The notes under the pieces were generated by a model that was not told the origin of the DNA, made no database searches, and saw only the letters and a list, made by a program, of their open reading frames with translations. This document shows positions 38,060 through 47,758 of a stretch of DNA of 64,000 nt, one piece after another. The stretch lies in NCBI GenBank assembly GCA_963794325.1, contig CAWCDG010000004.1, positions 352,001 through 416,000 of the forward strand. Reading direction: 5' to 3'. Both the position numbers and the translations under genes were made by a program. The first letter of the stretch is position 1. Every line of letters starts with the position of its first letter. Source of the stretch: an uncultured delta proteobacterium (GTDB lineage Bacteria; Desulfobacterota; Binatia; Binatales; Binataceae).

Positions 38060-40876
38060 CTATGAGCACCCGCTGGTGGTGCCGCAGTTCATGCATTTGT
38101 AGCAGGCGCCGTTGCGCACCATTATGCTGCCGCAGTCCGGGCATGGCGGCGCATCCGCCTGATTGATGAACGCCTGCCGGATGCCACCGTCCTTGCCGTC
38201 GCGCAGGCTGGCCACCGGAGCCATGGCGACCATTGCGATTGGCATGTCGGATTTTGCCGACAGCGGTTTTTCGGATTCGATAATTCCGACTTCGCGCTTG
38301 GCTTCTTCGTCCAGGAACTTCGACGCCATCCAGCGGAACAGGTAGTCGACGATCGACTTGGCGTACGGAATCTGCGGATTCTTGCTGAAGCCCGACGGCT
38401 CGAAGCGCATGTGCGAGAATTTGTCCACGAGGAATTGCAGCGGAACCCCGTACTGCAGCGCGAACGAAATCGCCGTCGCGAACGAGTCCATCAGGCCAGA
38501 GATAGTCGAGCCCTGCTTGGACATCGTGACGAAAATTTCGCCCGGCGTGCCGTCCTCGTACATGCCGACCGTGATGTAACCTTCGTGGCCGGCGATATCG
38601 AATTTGTGCGTGATCGATCGGCGCTCGTCGGGCAGCTTGCGCCGCTGCATCCGCTCGTCGGTCGCCGCGATCGCCGCCGCTGCGACCGTCTCGACCGCCT
38701 TCTCGGCCTTGCTGGTGTTGAGCGGCTGCGTGCGCTTCGATCCGTCCCGATAAATCGCGACCGCTTTCAGCCCGAGCTTCCACGCGGTGACGTAAGCCTC
38801 GGCGACTTCGTCAACGGTCGCTTCCGCGGGCATGTTGATGGTCTTGGAAATCGCGCCGGAGATGAACGGCTGGACGGCACCCATCATCTTGATGTGCCCG
38901 TTGTAGTGAATCGTGCGGGCGCCGGCGCGCGGCTTGAATGCGCAATCGAAAACCGCGAGATGCGCATCGGCCAGCTGCGGTGCGCCTTCAATCGTCTCGT
39001 TCTCGTCGAGGTACTCGACGATTTCCTGCACTTCCTTCGAATCGTAGCCGAGGCGCTTGAGCGCGCGCGGCACGGTGCCATTGACAATTTTCAGCATCCC
39101 GCCGCCGACCAGCTTTTTGTACTTGATCAGCGCGATGTCGGGCTCGATGCCGGTGGTGTCGCAATCCATCATGAATGCGATGGTGCCGGTCGGCGCGATC
39201 ACGGTCGCCTGCGAATTGCGATAGCCGGCCGCGGTACCGAGTTTCAGCGCTTCGTCCCATGAGTCGCGCGCGGCGCGCAGCAGGTCGAGCGGAACGTACG
39301 ACGGATCGAGCTTGTAGGCGTACGATTTGTGGCGGTCGATAACTTTCAGCATCGGCTCGCGATTTGGCGCGTAGCCGGCGAACGGTCCCATGTGCTCGGC
39401 GATGCGCGCCGACTGCAGATAGGCCTCGCCCGTCATCAGCGCGGTGATCGCGGCGGCGTAGCTGCGGCCCTGGTCACTGTCGTAAGGCATCCCGAGCGCC
39501 ATCAGCAGCGCGCCGAGGTTCGCGAAGCCAAGCCCGAGCTCACGGAAGGCGCTGGCGTTCTTGGCGATCTCGTCGGTGGGATAGGACGAGTTGTCGACGA
39601 TGATATCCTGCGCCGTGATCATTACATCGATCGCGTGGCGGAATGCGCGCACGTCGAACTCGCCACGATCGTCGATGAACTTCATCAGGTTGAGCGACGC
39701 GAGATTGCACGCGGAGTTGTCGAGATGCATGTACTCGCTGCACGGATTCGACGCGTTGATGCGCCCGCTGGCCGGGCAGGTGTGCCACAGGTTGATAGTG
39801 GTATCGAACTGCATCCCGGGGTCGCCGCATGCGTGGGCAGCCTCGGCGATCATGTGGAGTATCCTGCGCGCGGGGCGGGTCTCGGCAACCTCGCTCGACT
39901 TGACGAAGTGGGTCTGCCATTCGGCGTCGTCGAGCACCGACTGCATGAAGCCGTCGGTCGCGCGCACACTGTTGTTCGCGTTCTGGAAAAATACCGAGCC
40001 GTAAGCGGGGCCGTCGAGCGAGGAGTCGTAACCGGCCTCGATCAGCGCCCACGCCTTGCGCTCTTCCTCTACTTTGCACTTGATGAAATCGACGATGTCA
40101 GGATGGTCGGCGTTGAGCACGACCATCTTGGCCGCGCGGCGGGTCTTGCCGCCCGACTTGATTACCCCGGCGCTCGCGTCGGCCGCCTTCATGAACGACA
40201 ACGGTCCCGAAGCGGTGCCGCCCGCCGAAAGTTTCTCGCGCGAACCGCGCAGCGCGGAGAGGTTGACGCCGGCGCCCGATCCGCCTTTGAAGATCATGCC
40301 CTCATTGCGGTACCAGCTCAGGATCGAGTCCATGCTGTCCTCGACCTTGAGGATGAAGCATGCGGAGCACTGCGGTTTGGCCTCGATGCCGACGTTGAAA
40401 TAGACCGGGCTGTTGAACGACACCTTCTGATTGAGGAGCAGGTATTTGAGCTCGTCGTGGAAAGTCTCGCGCGCGTCGGCGTCGGCAAAATAATCCTGCT
40501 TCTCGCTCCATCCCGCGATGGTGTCGACGACGCGCGAGATCAATTGGCGGACGCTGTTCTCGCGACGCGGCGTGCCGAGCGGTCCGCGAAAATATTTCGA
40601 GACGACGACGTTGGTGGCGGTTTGCGACCAGGCTCGCGGAACTTCGACATCTTTCTGCTCGAAGACAACGCGGCCGTCCTCGCCCGAGATAACGGCGCTG
40701 CGGAGATCCCACTCGACTTGCGAATACGGATCGACGCCGGCGGTCGTGAAGAACCGCTCGAGTACGATGCCGCGACCGGGCGCCGCAGAATTGACCGCGC
40801 CGCCATTGAGGGCTGGTGCGCGGTCGGTTGTTTTTGCCTTGGAATCCATCTCGAAATCTATCGCTCCCCCACCCAT
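38060..40876 (-). CDS. nrdJ: Class II (B12-dependent) ribonucleotide reductase with TSCPD and Zn-ribbon C-terminus
   Basis: PQCSACFI, NPCSE, IAPTGT, YRDGSK, CPDCG...CMNCGTTSGCS. Confidence 0.95.
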   Translation of the reverse strand: MGGGAIDFEMDSKAKTTDRAPALNGGAVNSAAPGRGIVLERFFTTAGVDPYSQVEWDLRSAVISGEDGRVVFEQKDVEVPRAWSQTATNVVVSKYFRGPLGTPRRENSVRQLISRVVDTIAGWSEKQDYFADADARETFHDELKYLLLNQKVSFNSPVYFNVGIEAKPQCSACFILKVEDSMDSILSWYRNEGMIFKGGSGAGVNLSALRGSREKLSAGGTASGPLSFMKAADASAGVIKSGGKTRRAAKMVVLNADHPDIVDFIKCKVEEERKAWALIEAGYDSSLDGPAYGSVFFQNANNSVRATDGFMQSVLDDAEWQTHFVKSSEVAETRPARRILHMIAEAAHACGDPGMQFDTTINLWHTCPASGRINASNPCSEYMHLDNSACNLASLNLMKFIDDRGEFDVRAFRHAIDVMITAQDIIVDNSSYPTDEIAKNASAFRELGLGFANLGALLMALGMPYDSDQGRSYAAAITALMTGEAYLQSARIAEHMGPFAGYAPNREPMLKVIDRHKSYAYKLDPSYVPLDLLRAARDSWDEALKLGTAAGYRNSQATVIAPTGTIAFMMDCDTTGIEPDIALIKYKKLVGGGMLKIVNGTVPRALKRLGYDSKEVQEIVEYLDENETIEGAPQLADAHLAVFDCAFKPRAGARTIHYNGHIKMMGAVQPFISGAISKTINMPAEATVDEVAEAYVTAWKLGLKAVAIYRDGSKRTQPLNTSKAEKAVETVAAAAIAATDERMQRRKLPDERRSITHKFDIAGHEGYITVGMYEDGTPGEIFVTMSKQGSTISGLMDSFATAISFALQYGVPLQFLVDKFSHMRFEPSGFSKNPQIPYAKSIVDYLFRWMASKFLDEEAKREVGIIESEKPLSAKSDMPIAMVAMAPVASLRDGKDGGIRQAFINQADAPPCPDCGSIMVRNGACYKCMNCGTTSGCS

Positions 40877-40998
40877 CGCCACATCCTCCCCGCCTCGGTT
40901 ACACGCGCGTTAAGCCCACATCCGGATCCACCAGAACAAACGTCGCTTTTCGGCTGGCTGTGACACAATCTGGAGTCGCCAAGAGCGTGGTGGCCGTC

Positions 40999-41028
40999 AA
41001 TATGCGCGCCGCCCGTGAGGTCTGTCAA
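40999..41028 (-). promoter_or_regulatory. Putative nrdJ sigma70 promoter
   Basis: TTGACA-N18-CATATT on the minus strand. Confidence 0.45.
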
Positions 41029-41036
41029 GCCCCGAC

Positions 41037-41084
41037 CCACTACAGGTAGTGTGTAACAAGCTGTGCACAACCTATATATTAGGT
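41037..41084. promoter_or_regulatory. Tandem NrdR boxes
   Basis: CCACTACAGGTAGTGT (41037) and AACCTATATATTAGGT (41069), 32 bp apart, resemble acaCwAtATaTwGtgt. Confidence 0.7.
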
Positions 41085-41236
41085 TGTTGATAACTTTTGG
41101 TAAATATTCGCTCATATTAATAATTGTGACTGACCGACGGGGCGATATAAGTATAACTAATGAACAATCGCGCCTGATTTGTCATTGCGGCGGTCTCTGA
41201 CCATACACGCGGTATGCGTTCGAACGCGGCGGCGCT

Positions 41237-41698
41237 ATGGTGAGTCGCGCGATGCCAACTCGACGCCACAAGGCTCCCGAACAGATCGGCGCGGCGATGC
41301 AACCGCTCCTCGATCGGATCGATCGCGAAGGTCATTTCGCGATCGTGCGGCTGGCGAAAGCATGGCCGGAGATCGTCGGCGAAACGATCGCGCGCCGCAC
41401 CGAAATCGTCTCGCTGAAATTCCACACCGCGGTGGTAAAAGTTTCCGGTGCGATGTGGATACAAGAATTGAATCTGATGAAGTCGCAGATCCTCGCGCGC
41501 GTGACCGACCGAATCGGCGATGACGTAGTGCGCGAATTGCGCTTCGTGCGAGGAACGCTCAGTCGGCGCGAGCGGCCGAAATTGCGCACGGTGCCGCGCG
41601 CAACGCGAAAATCAATCGAGCTGCCGGAGCTGAAGGATCCCGAATTGCGGAAGGCATTCGAAAGTTTGATCGAGGCATGGGGTCGCGCTTCGCGCTGA
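41237..41698 (+). CDS. dciA: DciA/DUF721 family protein
   Basis: W.EIVG..IA..T....V....W.QEL..MK..IL motif. Confidence 0.8.
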   Translation: MVSRAMPTRRHKAPEQIGAAMQPLLDRIDREGHFAIVRLAKAWPEIVGETIARRTEIVSLKFHTAVVKVSGAMWIQELNLMKSQILARVTDRIGDDVVRELRFVRGTLSRRERPKLRTVPRATRKSIELPELKDPELRKAFESLIEAWGRASR

Positions 41699-41822
41699 AG
41701 GGGGAAGCCACTACATTTGATGTGAAACCCTTCGCGGGTTTCACACTTCCGCGGCAGGGGTGACCCCTGCACCCAGTGAAAAGTATTATTCGCAAAATGG
41801 CGAGGACGCCATTTTGCTCTAA
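41699..41822 (+). repeat. Family A left arm
   Basis: Matches 8692-8810. Confidence 0.8.
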
Positions 41823-41836
41823 GGTTCGTGATTTTG

Positions 41837-41911
41837 GTGGCACAGGCTTTAGCCTGTGATTTTCTGGTCCATGTATCCAAGGAAAGAAGCACAGGCTGAA
41901 GCCTGTGCCAC
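41837..41911. repeat. Family C REP doublet (GTGG-CACAGGC hairpin, inverted pair)
   Basis: GTGGCACAGGCTTTAGCCTGTG ... CACAGGCTGAAGCCTGTGCCAC. Confidence 0.8.
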
Positions 41912-41994
41912 GGTAAACGGAAACGGGCCGGGTTACGTCAAAATACTGTGAATCCGCTGGATTGCGGATTCGTACTATAGACGAGTGACCTGTC

Positions 41995-43665
41995 GTGGCT
42001 TTCGAAGTCTCCAAGCAGGATCGGATTTTACACGTTCTCAACCGGCTCGCGTTCGGGCCGCGGCCCGGCGATTTCGAGCATGTCAGCGCGATTGGGCCCG
42101 AGCGCTACGTGCAGGAACAGTTACATCCCGAATCAATTGCCATTCCGGGCGACCTGACTGACCGCGTCAACCAACTTCACACGCTGCGCATGGATCCGAT
42201 CGCGCTGTTCATCGAATATCAGCGGCCGATCAACCTGGCGCGCAAGGACGCCAAGGCTGAGGCCGGCGGCGACAAGAATGCAGTCGGCGACAAGAATGCA
42301 GTGAAGGACGCGACCAAGGATGCGCGAATCCAGCAGCGAATCGTGATGCGCGAGGCGGTCGAGGCGCGGATGATGCGCGCGATCGAAGGGCCGCGCCAGT
42401 TGCAGGAAGTGATGACCGCGTTCTGGTTCAATCACTTCAACGTTTTCGCCGGAAAGGGTCTCGACCTTATCTGGACGGGATCGTTCGAGGAGACCGCGAT
42501 TCGGCCGCATACGTTCGGCAAGTTCCGCACCCTGCTCGGCGCCACCGCGCATCATCCGGCGATGATGTTCTACCTCGACAACTGGCAGAACACCGCGCCC
42601 GGCAGCCCCGGATCGAAGGGCAAGTTCGAAGGTATCAACGAGAACTACGCGCGCGAGCTGATGGAGCTGCACACGCTCGGGGTCAACGGCGGCTACACGC
42701 AGGCCGATGTGATCGCGCTCGCGCATATTCTGACGGGATGGGGAATTCCGAAACCCGGCGGCGGCGGAGGCGGCAATCGAAGGCCTGGGCGCGACGAAAT
42801 GGCGGGGCTGTTTCCGTTGCGTCGAATGATGAAGCAGCGGCGGCAAAACTTCAGGCGCGAGGCGATCGATCCGAGCGGATTTTACTTCGACGCGGAGCGC
42901 CACGATTCTTCTGAAAAAACTTTTTTAGGACACCGCATCGAGGACGGCGGGATCGAGCAAGGCGAGCATGCGCTCGATATCCTCGCGCGCAGCCCCGCAA
43001 CGGCGAAGCATCTCAGTTTCAAGCTGGCGCAATACTTCGTCGCCGACGATCCACCGAAAGCACTCGTCGAGCGAATGGCGCAGCGATATCTCGCGACCGA
43101 CGGCGAGACTCGCGCGGTGCTCGAGACGATGTTCACCAGCGCGGAATTCTGGGACTCGCGAAACTTCGGCAGTAAGTTCAAGACGCCGTACGAGTACGTT
43201 ATCTCGTGCGCGCGCGCGACCGGCGTGCCGATCCGCAACTACCGGCCGCTGTACGGCACCATGCAGATTCTCGGCATGCCGCTGTACGCATGCCAGACGC
43301 CCAACGGCTATGGCAGCACGCAGGATGCGTGGCTGAATCCCGACGCGATGATGACGCGGCTCAGCTTCGCGACCGCACTCGGCTCCGGAAATCTGCCGCT
43401 GGAAAATCCGCCGTTCGAAGAAGACGCGGATGGCGGCGCATCGCGTCCCGAGCCGCCGGCAGTGCCGCGCAAAAGCGGCGGCAAAGTGAATATCAAGTTC
43501 GATCCCGGTCCGCACGGGCCCAAGATGACGCCGCCCGATCCCGCGCAGCTCGCGGCCACGCTCGGCGATTATTTTTCACCGGCGACCGCCAACGCCGTCG
43601 AGGCGGCGCCGACCAACCTTCGCGCGCCTCTGATACTCGGCAGTCCCGAATTCATGAAGCGCTGA
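41995..43665 (+). CDS. DUF1800 family protein
   Basis: LNRLAFGP, FWFNHFNV, NENYARELMELHTLG. Confidence 0.92.
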   Translation: MAFEVSKQDRILHVLNRLAFGPRPGDFEHVSAIGPERYVQEQLHPESIAIPGDLTDRVNQLHTLRMDPIALFIEYQRPINLARKDAKAEAGGDKNAVGDKNAVKDATKDARIQQRIVMREAVEARMMRAIEGPRQLQEVMTAFWFNHFNVFAGKGLDLIWTGSFEETAIRPHTFGKFRTLLGATAHHPAMMFYLDNWQNTAPGSPGSKGKFEGINENYARELMELHTLGVNGGYTQADVIALAHILTGWGIPKPGGGGGGNRRPGRDEMAGLFPLRRMMKQRRQNFRREAIDPSGFYFDAERHDSSEKTFLGHRIEDGGIEQGEHALDILARSPATAKHLSFKLAQYFVADDPPKALVERMAQRYLATDGETRAVLETMFTSAEFWDSRNFGSKFKTPYEYVISCARATGVPIRNYRPLYGTMQILGMPLYACQTPNGYGSTQDAWLNPDAMMTRLSFATALGSGNLPLENPPFEEDADGGASRPEPPAVPRKSGGKVNIKFDPGPHGPKMTPPDPAQLAATLGDYFSPATANAVEAAPTNLRAPLILGSPEFMKR

Positions 43666-43674
43666 GAGTTTACG

Positions 43675-44979
43675 ATGAAGATTTTCCCTTTTCAGGAAAG
43701 TGATTCGTGCATCCAGTGTGCTTCCCGCGTTGTGACCCCGCTGAGCCGGCGCGCTTTTCTGCGCCGCGCGGCGATTCTGTCGGCGTCGGGAATCGTGCTG
43801 CTGAGTCCGCATGCGTGGGCGGCGCGCTCGCTCGATAGCGATAGCAAGCGCCGCCTGATCGTGGTGTTCCTGCGCGGTGCGGTTGACGGGCTTAACGTGA
43901 TCGTGCCGCATGGCGAGCCGGCCTATTACGACGCGCGCCCGACTATCGCGATCGGACGCAGCGGCGCCAACGACGGGGTCATCGATCTCGACGGGCATTT
44001 CGGATTGCATCCGGCGCTCGCGCCGATGGAAAGCCAGTGGCGCGACGGCACGCTCGCGTTTGTGCATGCGTGCGGATCGCCCGATCCGACGCGGTCGCAT
44101 TTCGACGCGCAGGATTTCATGGAGAGCGGCACCCCGGGCGTCCGGACGACACAGGACGGATGGCTGAATCGCGCGCTGGCCGCGATTCCGGGGGCACATT
44201 CGCCAACCGAGGCGTTGAGCCTGGGGCCGACGGTGCCGCGAATTTTGAGCGGCGCGATTCCGGTCGCCAATATCGCGCTGGGGCGCGCTGCCGAGAGACC
44301 GATGCCGATGGACCGGCCGGTGATCGAAGCGGCGTTCGACAAAATGTACGTCGGCAACGATTCGATCAGCCGCGCGTATCGCGACGGACGGCAGGCACGG
44401 ATGCGGCTGGTGAGCGAACTGACGCAGGATATGACCGAGGCCAATGCCGGCGCGCCGTCGCCGCAAGGATTCTCCGACGACACCGACCGTCTCGCGCGCC
44501 TGATAGGCCGCGATCCCACGATTCGCGTCGCGTTCATGGCGCTCGGCGGCTGGGATACGCACGTCAACGAAGGCGCTGCCAACGGCCAGCTCGCGGGACA
44601 TCTGAAACCTCTGGGCGAAGGTCTCGCGAGCCTCGCCCAACAGCTCGGACCAAACTACCAGGACACCGTCATCCTGGTGATTTCGGAGTTTGGCCGCACG
44701 ATGCATGAGAACGGCAACGGCGGCACCGATCACGGTCACGGCAACGTGATGTGGGTGATGGGCGGTCCGGTGAAGGGCAAAAAAGTTTACGGCCGGTGGC
44801 CGGGCCTTTCGACCGCGAGCCTCTACCAGGAGCGCGACCTGGCGGTGACGACTGACTTCCGCGATCCGATCGCAACGGTGCTGCGATCGCACATGCAGTT
44901 CACCGACGCGCAAATCGATCGAGTATTCCCGCGACGCCCGCGCTCGAGCGGCAACGTCGATGGATTGATCAAGGTATGA
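43675..44979 (+). CDS. DUF1501 family protein, Tat-exported (start possibly ~43733)
   Basis: SRRAFL, FLRGAVDGL, RSHFDAQD, SEFGRT..ENG.GGTDHG. Confidence 0.92.
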   Translation: MKIFPFQESDSCIQCASRVVTPLSRRAFLRRAAILSASGIVLLSPHAWAARSLDSDSKRRLIVVFLRGAVDGLNVIVPHGEPAYYDARPTIAIGRSGANDGVIDLDGHFGLHPALAPMESQWRDGTLAFVHACGSPDPTRSHFDAQDFMESGTPGVRTTQDGWLNRALAAIPGAHSPTEALSLGPTVPRILSGAIPVANIALGRAAERPMPMDRPVIEAAFDKMYVGNDSISRAYRDGRQARMRLVSELTQDMTEANAGAPSPQGFSDDTDRLARLIGRDPTIRVAFMALGGWDTHVNEGAANGQLAGHLKPLGEGLASLAQQLGPNYQDTVILVISEFGRTMHENGNGGTDHGHGNVMWVMGGPVKGKKVYGRWPGLSTASLYQERDLAVTTDFRDPIATVLRSHMQFTDAQIDRVFPRRPRSSGNVDGLIKV

Positions 44980-45094
44980 ATCAGGGCATCAATTGCGGCG
45001 CGTCCTGATTGCGTGCTGTCATTGCCTTTCGATGTATTGATCTGATGGTAGAGGATTGTTTTCAGCGCCTATTGCAAGATAGCTCTGGAAAACC

Positions 45095-45820
45095 ATGAAC
45101 CTCTTCTTACGATCATTTCTTATTTTTCTTGTCGCATCACTGCCTTCAGTTCGAACCGCCGGCGCGGCCGATCGATGGCGTATTCTTGGCGTGCCTCTCG
45201 ACATGCCGGAAAGCGATGACCAGGCGCTCGACGGTCAGTACCTCGAGGGAATCTACCAGGGCGACTATGGCGAAAAGATGCTGCACGACTACGGCGGTTA
45301 TATCGGTGGCCACGTAAAAGACAGCCTGCTGCTCCAGCTGCCCTACTACCACATGAACAGCACTGCGAAGGACGGCAAGCAGCTCGAACTCTGGTTCTCC
45401 AGCAAAGATGACGGGCGCAAGACTTTCGGGGTCGAGATGCACGAATCGCTGCGCGACAACGCCGGCCGGAGCGAGGCACCGTCAAAGGCGATCGGTGAGG
45501 CCCAGGCGGCGTTCGGCAAACCTGATCGCGTGATAACTTCGCCCGACGCGCCCAGCGTGACGATTCTGATGTTCGTCGATGCTGACCTGCCCAAGGACAG
45601 GCGTGACGCGATCGTCGCGCACTTGCCGAATTCGCAGCAGATGCCGAAGGACGACGCCGCCAACTTCAACAGTATCGATCTGCGCGAGCGCGCCCGCGTT
45701 CTCGGCGCGGATTTTCGCGGAGCGATCGTGACTATCTACAGTTTCAAAGACCAGGTCACAGGAATCGACGCAGAACTGCTCGATCTGCAGCGCGCGCGCA
45801 CAGTGTTTAATCTGGACTGA
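45095..45820 (+). CDS. Secreted hypothetical protein
   Basis: Signal-peptide-like N-terminus, 241 aa ORF. Confidence 0.7.
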   Translation: MNLFLRSFLIFLVASLPSVRTAGAADRWRILGVPLDMPESDDQALDGQYLEGIYQGDYGEKMLHDYGGYIGGHVKDSLLLQLPYYHMNSTAKDGKQLELWFSSKDDGRKTFGVEMHESLRDNAGRSEAPSKAIGEAQAAFGKPDRVITSPDAPSVTILMFVDADLPKDRRDAIVAHLPNSQQMPKDDAANFNSIDLRERARVLGADFRGAIVTIYSFKDQVTGIDAELLDLQRARTVFNLD

Positions 45821-45832
45821 AATGAGGCATTG

Positions 45833-45908
45833 GTGGCACAGGCTTTAGCCTGTGATTTTCTGGTCCATGCGAATCCAGCGAAGAATCACAGGCTAAAGCC
45901 TGTGCCAC
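45833..45908. repeat. Family C REP doublet
   Basis: First ~40 bp identical to the copy at 41834. Confidence 0.8.
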
Positions 45909-45912
45909 CAAA

Positions 45913-45996
45913 TACTGGGTGAAGGGGTCACCCCTGCCGCGGAAGCGTGAAACCCACCGCGGGTTTCACATTTGATAGAGTGATTTACCCTTCCCC
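45913..45996 (-). repeat. Family A right arm
   Basis: Matches 8938-9022. Confidence 0.8.
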
Positions 45997-46035
45997 GTTT
46001 GCGCTCAGCGCTCTCACTCGCGAATAATCGCGGGC

Positions 46036-47673
46036 ATGGAATATGACGTAATTGTCCGCAATGGCGTCGTGGTCGATGGCAGCGGTGCGCCGCGCTTTCG
46101 CGCCGACGTGGCGATCAAGGATCGCAAGATTGCTGCGCTCATCGATCCCGCTGATGCCGCGAGTGCTTCCGCCGCGCGTGAGATCGATGCGACCGGGCTC
46201 GCAGTGGCGCCGGGCTTTATCGATTTGCATTCGCATTCCGACTGGGTTCTGCCGATTGCCGATCACGGGCAGATCCTGAAGCCGTTTCTGCTCCAAGGCG
46301 TGACGACCTTCGTCGGCGGCAATTGCGGATTCTCGGTGGCGCCGGTGATGCGCGAGCGGCAGCGGATGCTCGACGAGTCCGGGCGGCTGTGCTCCGAGCG
46401 GAAGTTCGACTGGCAATGGGACGACGTCGCAGGCTTCGCAGCGCATCTGAAGCGCCAGGGACTCGCGCTCAACGTCGCGCATCTGGCGGGACACGGCAGT
46501 ATTCGCCTCAGCGTGATGGGCGCGGACGCGGGCGAGCCGTCTGTCGAGCAGTTGCGCGCGATGCAAGCGATGGTCGAGCGCGCGATGGCCGACGGCGCGG
46601 TCGGGCTTTCGTGCGGGCTCGGATATTTTCCCGGGATGATCGCGAAGCCGGCAGAGCTGGCGGCGCTGGCGCGAGTGGCTACGGCGGCAAACGGCGTACT
46701 GACTTCGCATCTGCGCGCATACTCGGAGCGCTCACTATTCTTTGATAGCCGGACTCCGCACAACATCCTGGCGGTGCGCGAGATGGCGACCGTCGCGCGC
46801 GAGGCCGGCGTCCCGCTGCAAGTCTCGCATCTGATTTTCGTCGGCCGCCGCACGTGGAAGACGGTTGACGACACGATCGCCGAAGTCGAGCGTCACAAGA
46901 GCGACGGCGTCGATATCGCGTTCGACACTTTCCCCTATACCTGTGGCAACACGACGATTCGCGTGATTTTTCCAGCGTGGGCGCAGACCGGCCTCGAAGG
47001 TTTGCTCGATTCGTCAGACGGATGGGCGAAGTTGCGCGACGGATTCCAGCCGCTCAAATCGTTTATCGCCGACTCGGTGCAGCTCATGTGGGCAGTCAAA
47101 CCCGAACTCAGTCATCTCGAGGGCAAGTTCTTCGGCGAGATCGCGGACGAGCTCAAACTCGATCCGGTCGATGCGTACCTGACGATCACACGCGAGAGTG
47201 GAACCCGCGCGCGCGTGCTGAACCATCTGTATAGCGGCGACGACTTCGGCGACGAGCACGCGCTGCAGGAAGCGATGAAGCATCCGCTGAACCTGTTCGA
47301 GATGGACACGATTCTCACTTCGCACGGCCATCACAATCCCGCGAGCTTCGGCACTTACCCGCGAATCCTCGGGCATTACGTGCGCGAGATGAAACTGCTG
47401 ACGCTCGAAGACGCGGTGCATAAAGCGACAGGGATGGCGGCGAAGCGGATGCGCCTCGGCGCGCACGGCCTCGTGCGCCCGGGCTACGCGGCCGACCTCG
47501 TGATCTTCAATCCCGAAACAATCGGATGCGCCGCCGATTCGAGAACCCCGACGTTAGCGCCGATTGGAATCGAGCACGTGATGGTGAATGGAACCGCTGT
47601 GGTAGCAGGCGGTAAGTGGTGCGGTGACGGGGTGATGGCGGGGGAGTGGATTGGGAGGGAACCTAACCCCTAA
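46036..47673 (+). CDS. N-acyl-D-amino-acid deacylase family amidohydrolase
   Basis: PGFIDLHSHSD, GNCGFS, FGTYPRILG. Confidence 0.9.
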   Translation: MEYDVIVRNGVVVDGSGAPRFRADVAIKDRKIAALIDPADAASASAAREIDATGLAVAPGFIDLHSHSDWVLPIADHGQILKPFLLQGVTTFVGGNCGFSVAPVMRERQRMLDESGRLCSERKFDWQWDDVAGFAAHLKRQGLALNVAHLAGHGSIRLSVMGADAGEPSVEQLRAMQAMVERAMADGAVGLSCGLGYFPGMIAKPAELAALARVATAANGVLTSHLRAYSERSLFFDSRTPHNILAVREMATVAREAGVPLQVSHLIFVGRRTWKTVDDTIAEVERHKSDGVDIAFDTFPYTCGNTTIRVIFPAWAQTGLEGLLDSSDGWAKLRDGFQPLKSFIADSVQLMWAVKPELSHLEGKFFGEIADELKLDPVDAYLTITRESGTRARVLNHLYSGDDFGDEHALQEAMKHPLNLFEMDTILTSHGHHNPASFGTYPRILGHYVREMKLLTLEDAVHKATGMAAKRMRLGAHGLVRPGYAADLVIFNPETIGCAADSRTPTLAPIGIEHVMVNGTAVVAGGKWCGDGVMAGEWIGREPNP

Positions 47674-47740
47674 CCCCTTCCCGAGCGGGAAGGGGAACCG
47701 GAAATGTGGTGGCCCTTCCCGCGCGGGAAAGGGGGACCGG
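47659..47740 (+). repeat. Family B repeat plus partial second copy
   Basis: Matches 10828-10870; supplies the TAA of the amidohydrolase gene. Confidence 0.85.
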
Positions 47741-47758
47741 TCTTAGTAGAGAGTGCGT

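Noticed and set aside
6041-40963. Long overlapping ORFs such as 6041-7561, 9037-10368 and 39329-40963
   Set aside because: Antisense or alternate-frame artefacts of high-GC codon bias over clearly identified genes
40880-41000. Cobalamin riboswitch upstream of nrdJ
   Set aside because: No B12-box or conserved core visible; leader is short
41050-41170. oriC
   Set aside because: Only two imperfect DnaA boxes and no dnaA/dnaN nearby; better explained as a promoter region
42268-42303. 18 bp tandem duplication (GDKNAV x2) in DUF1800
   Set aside because: In-frame slippage in a variable loop; unremarkable
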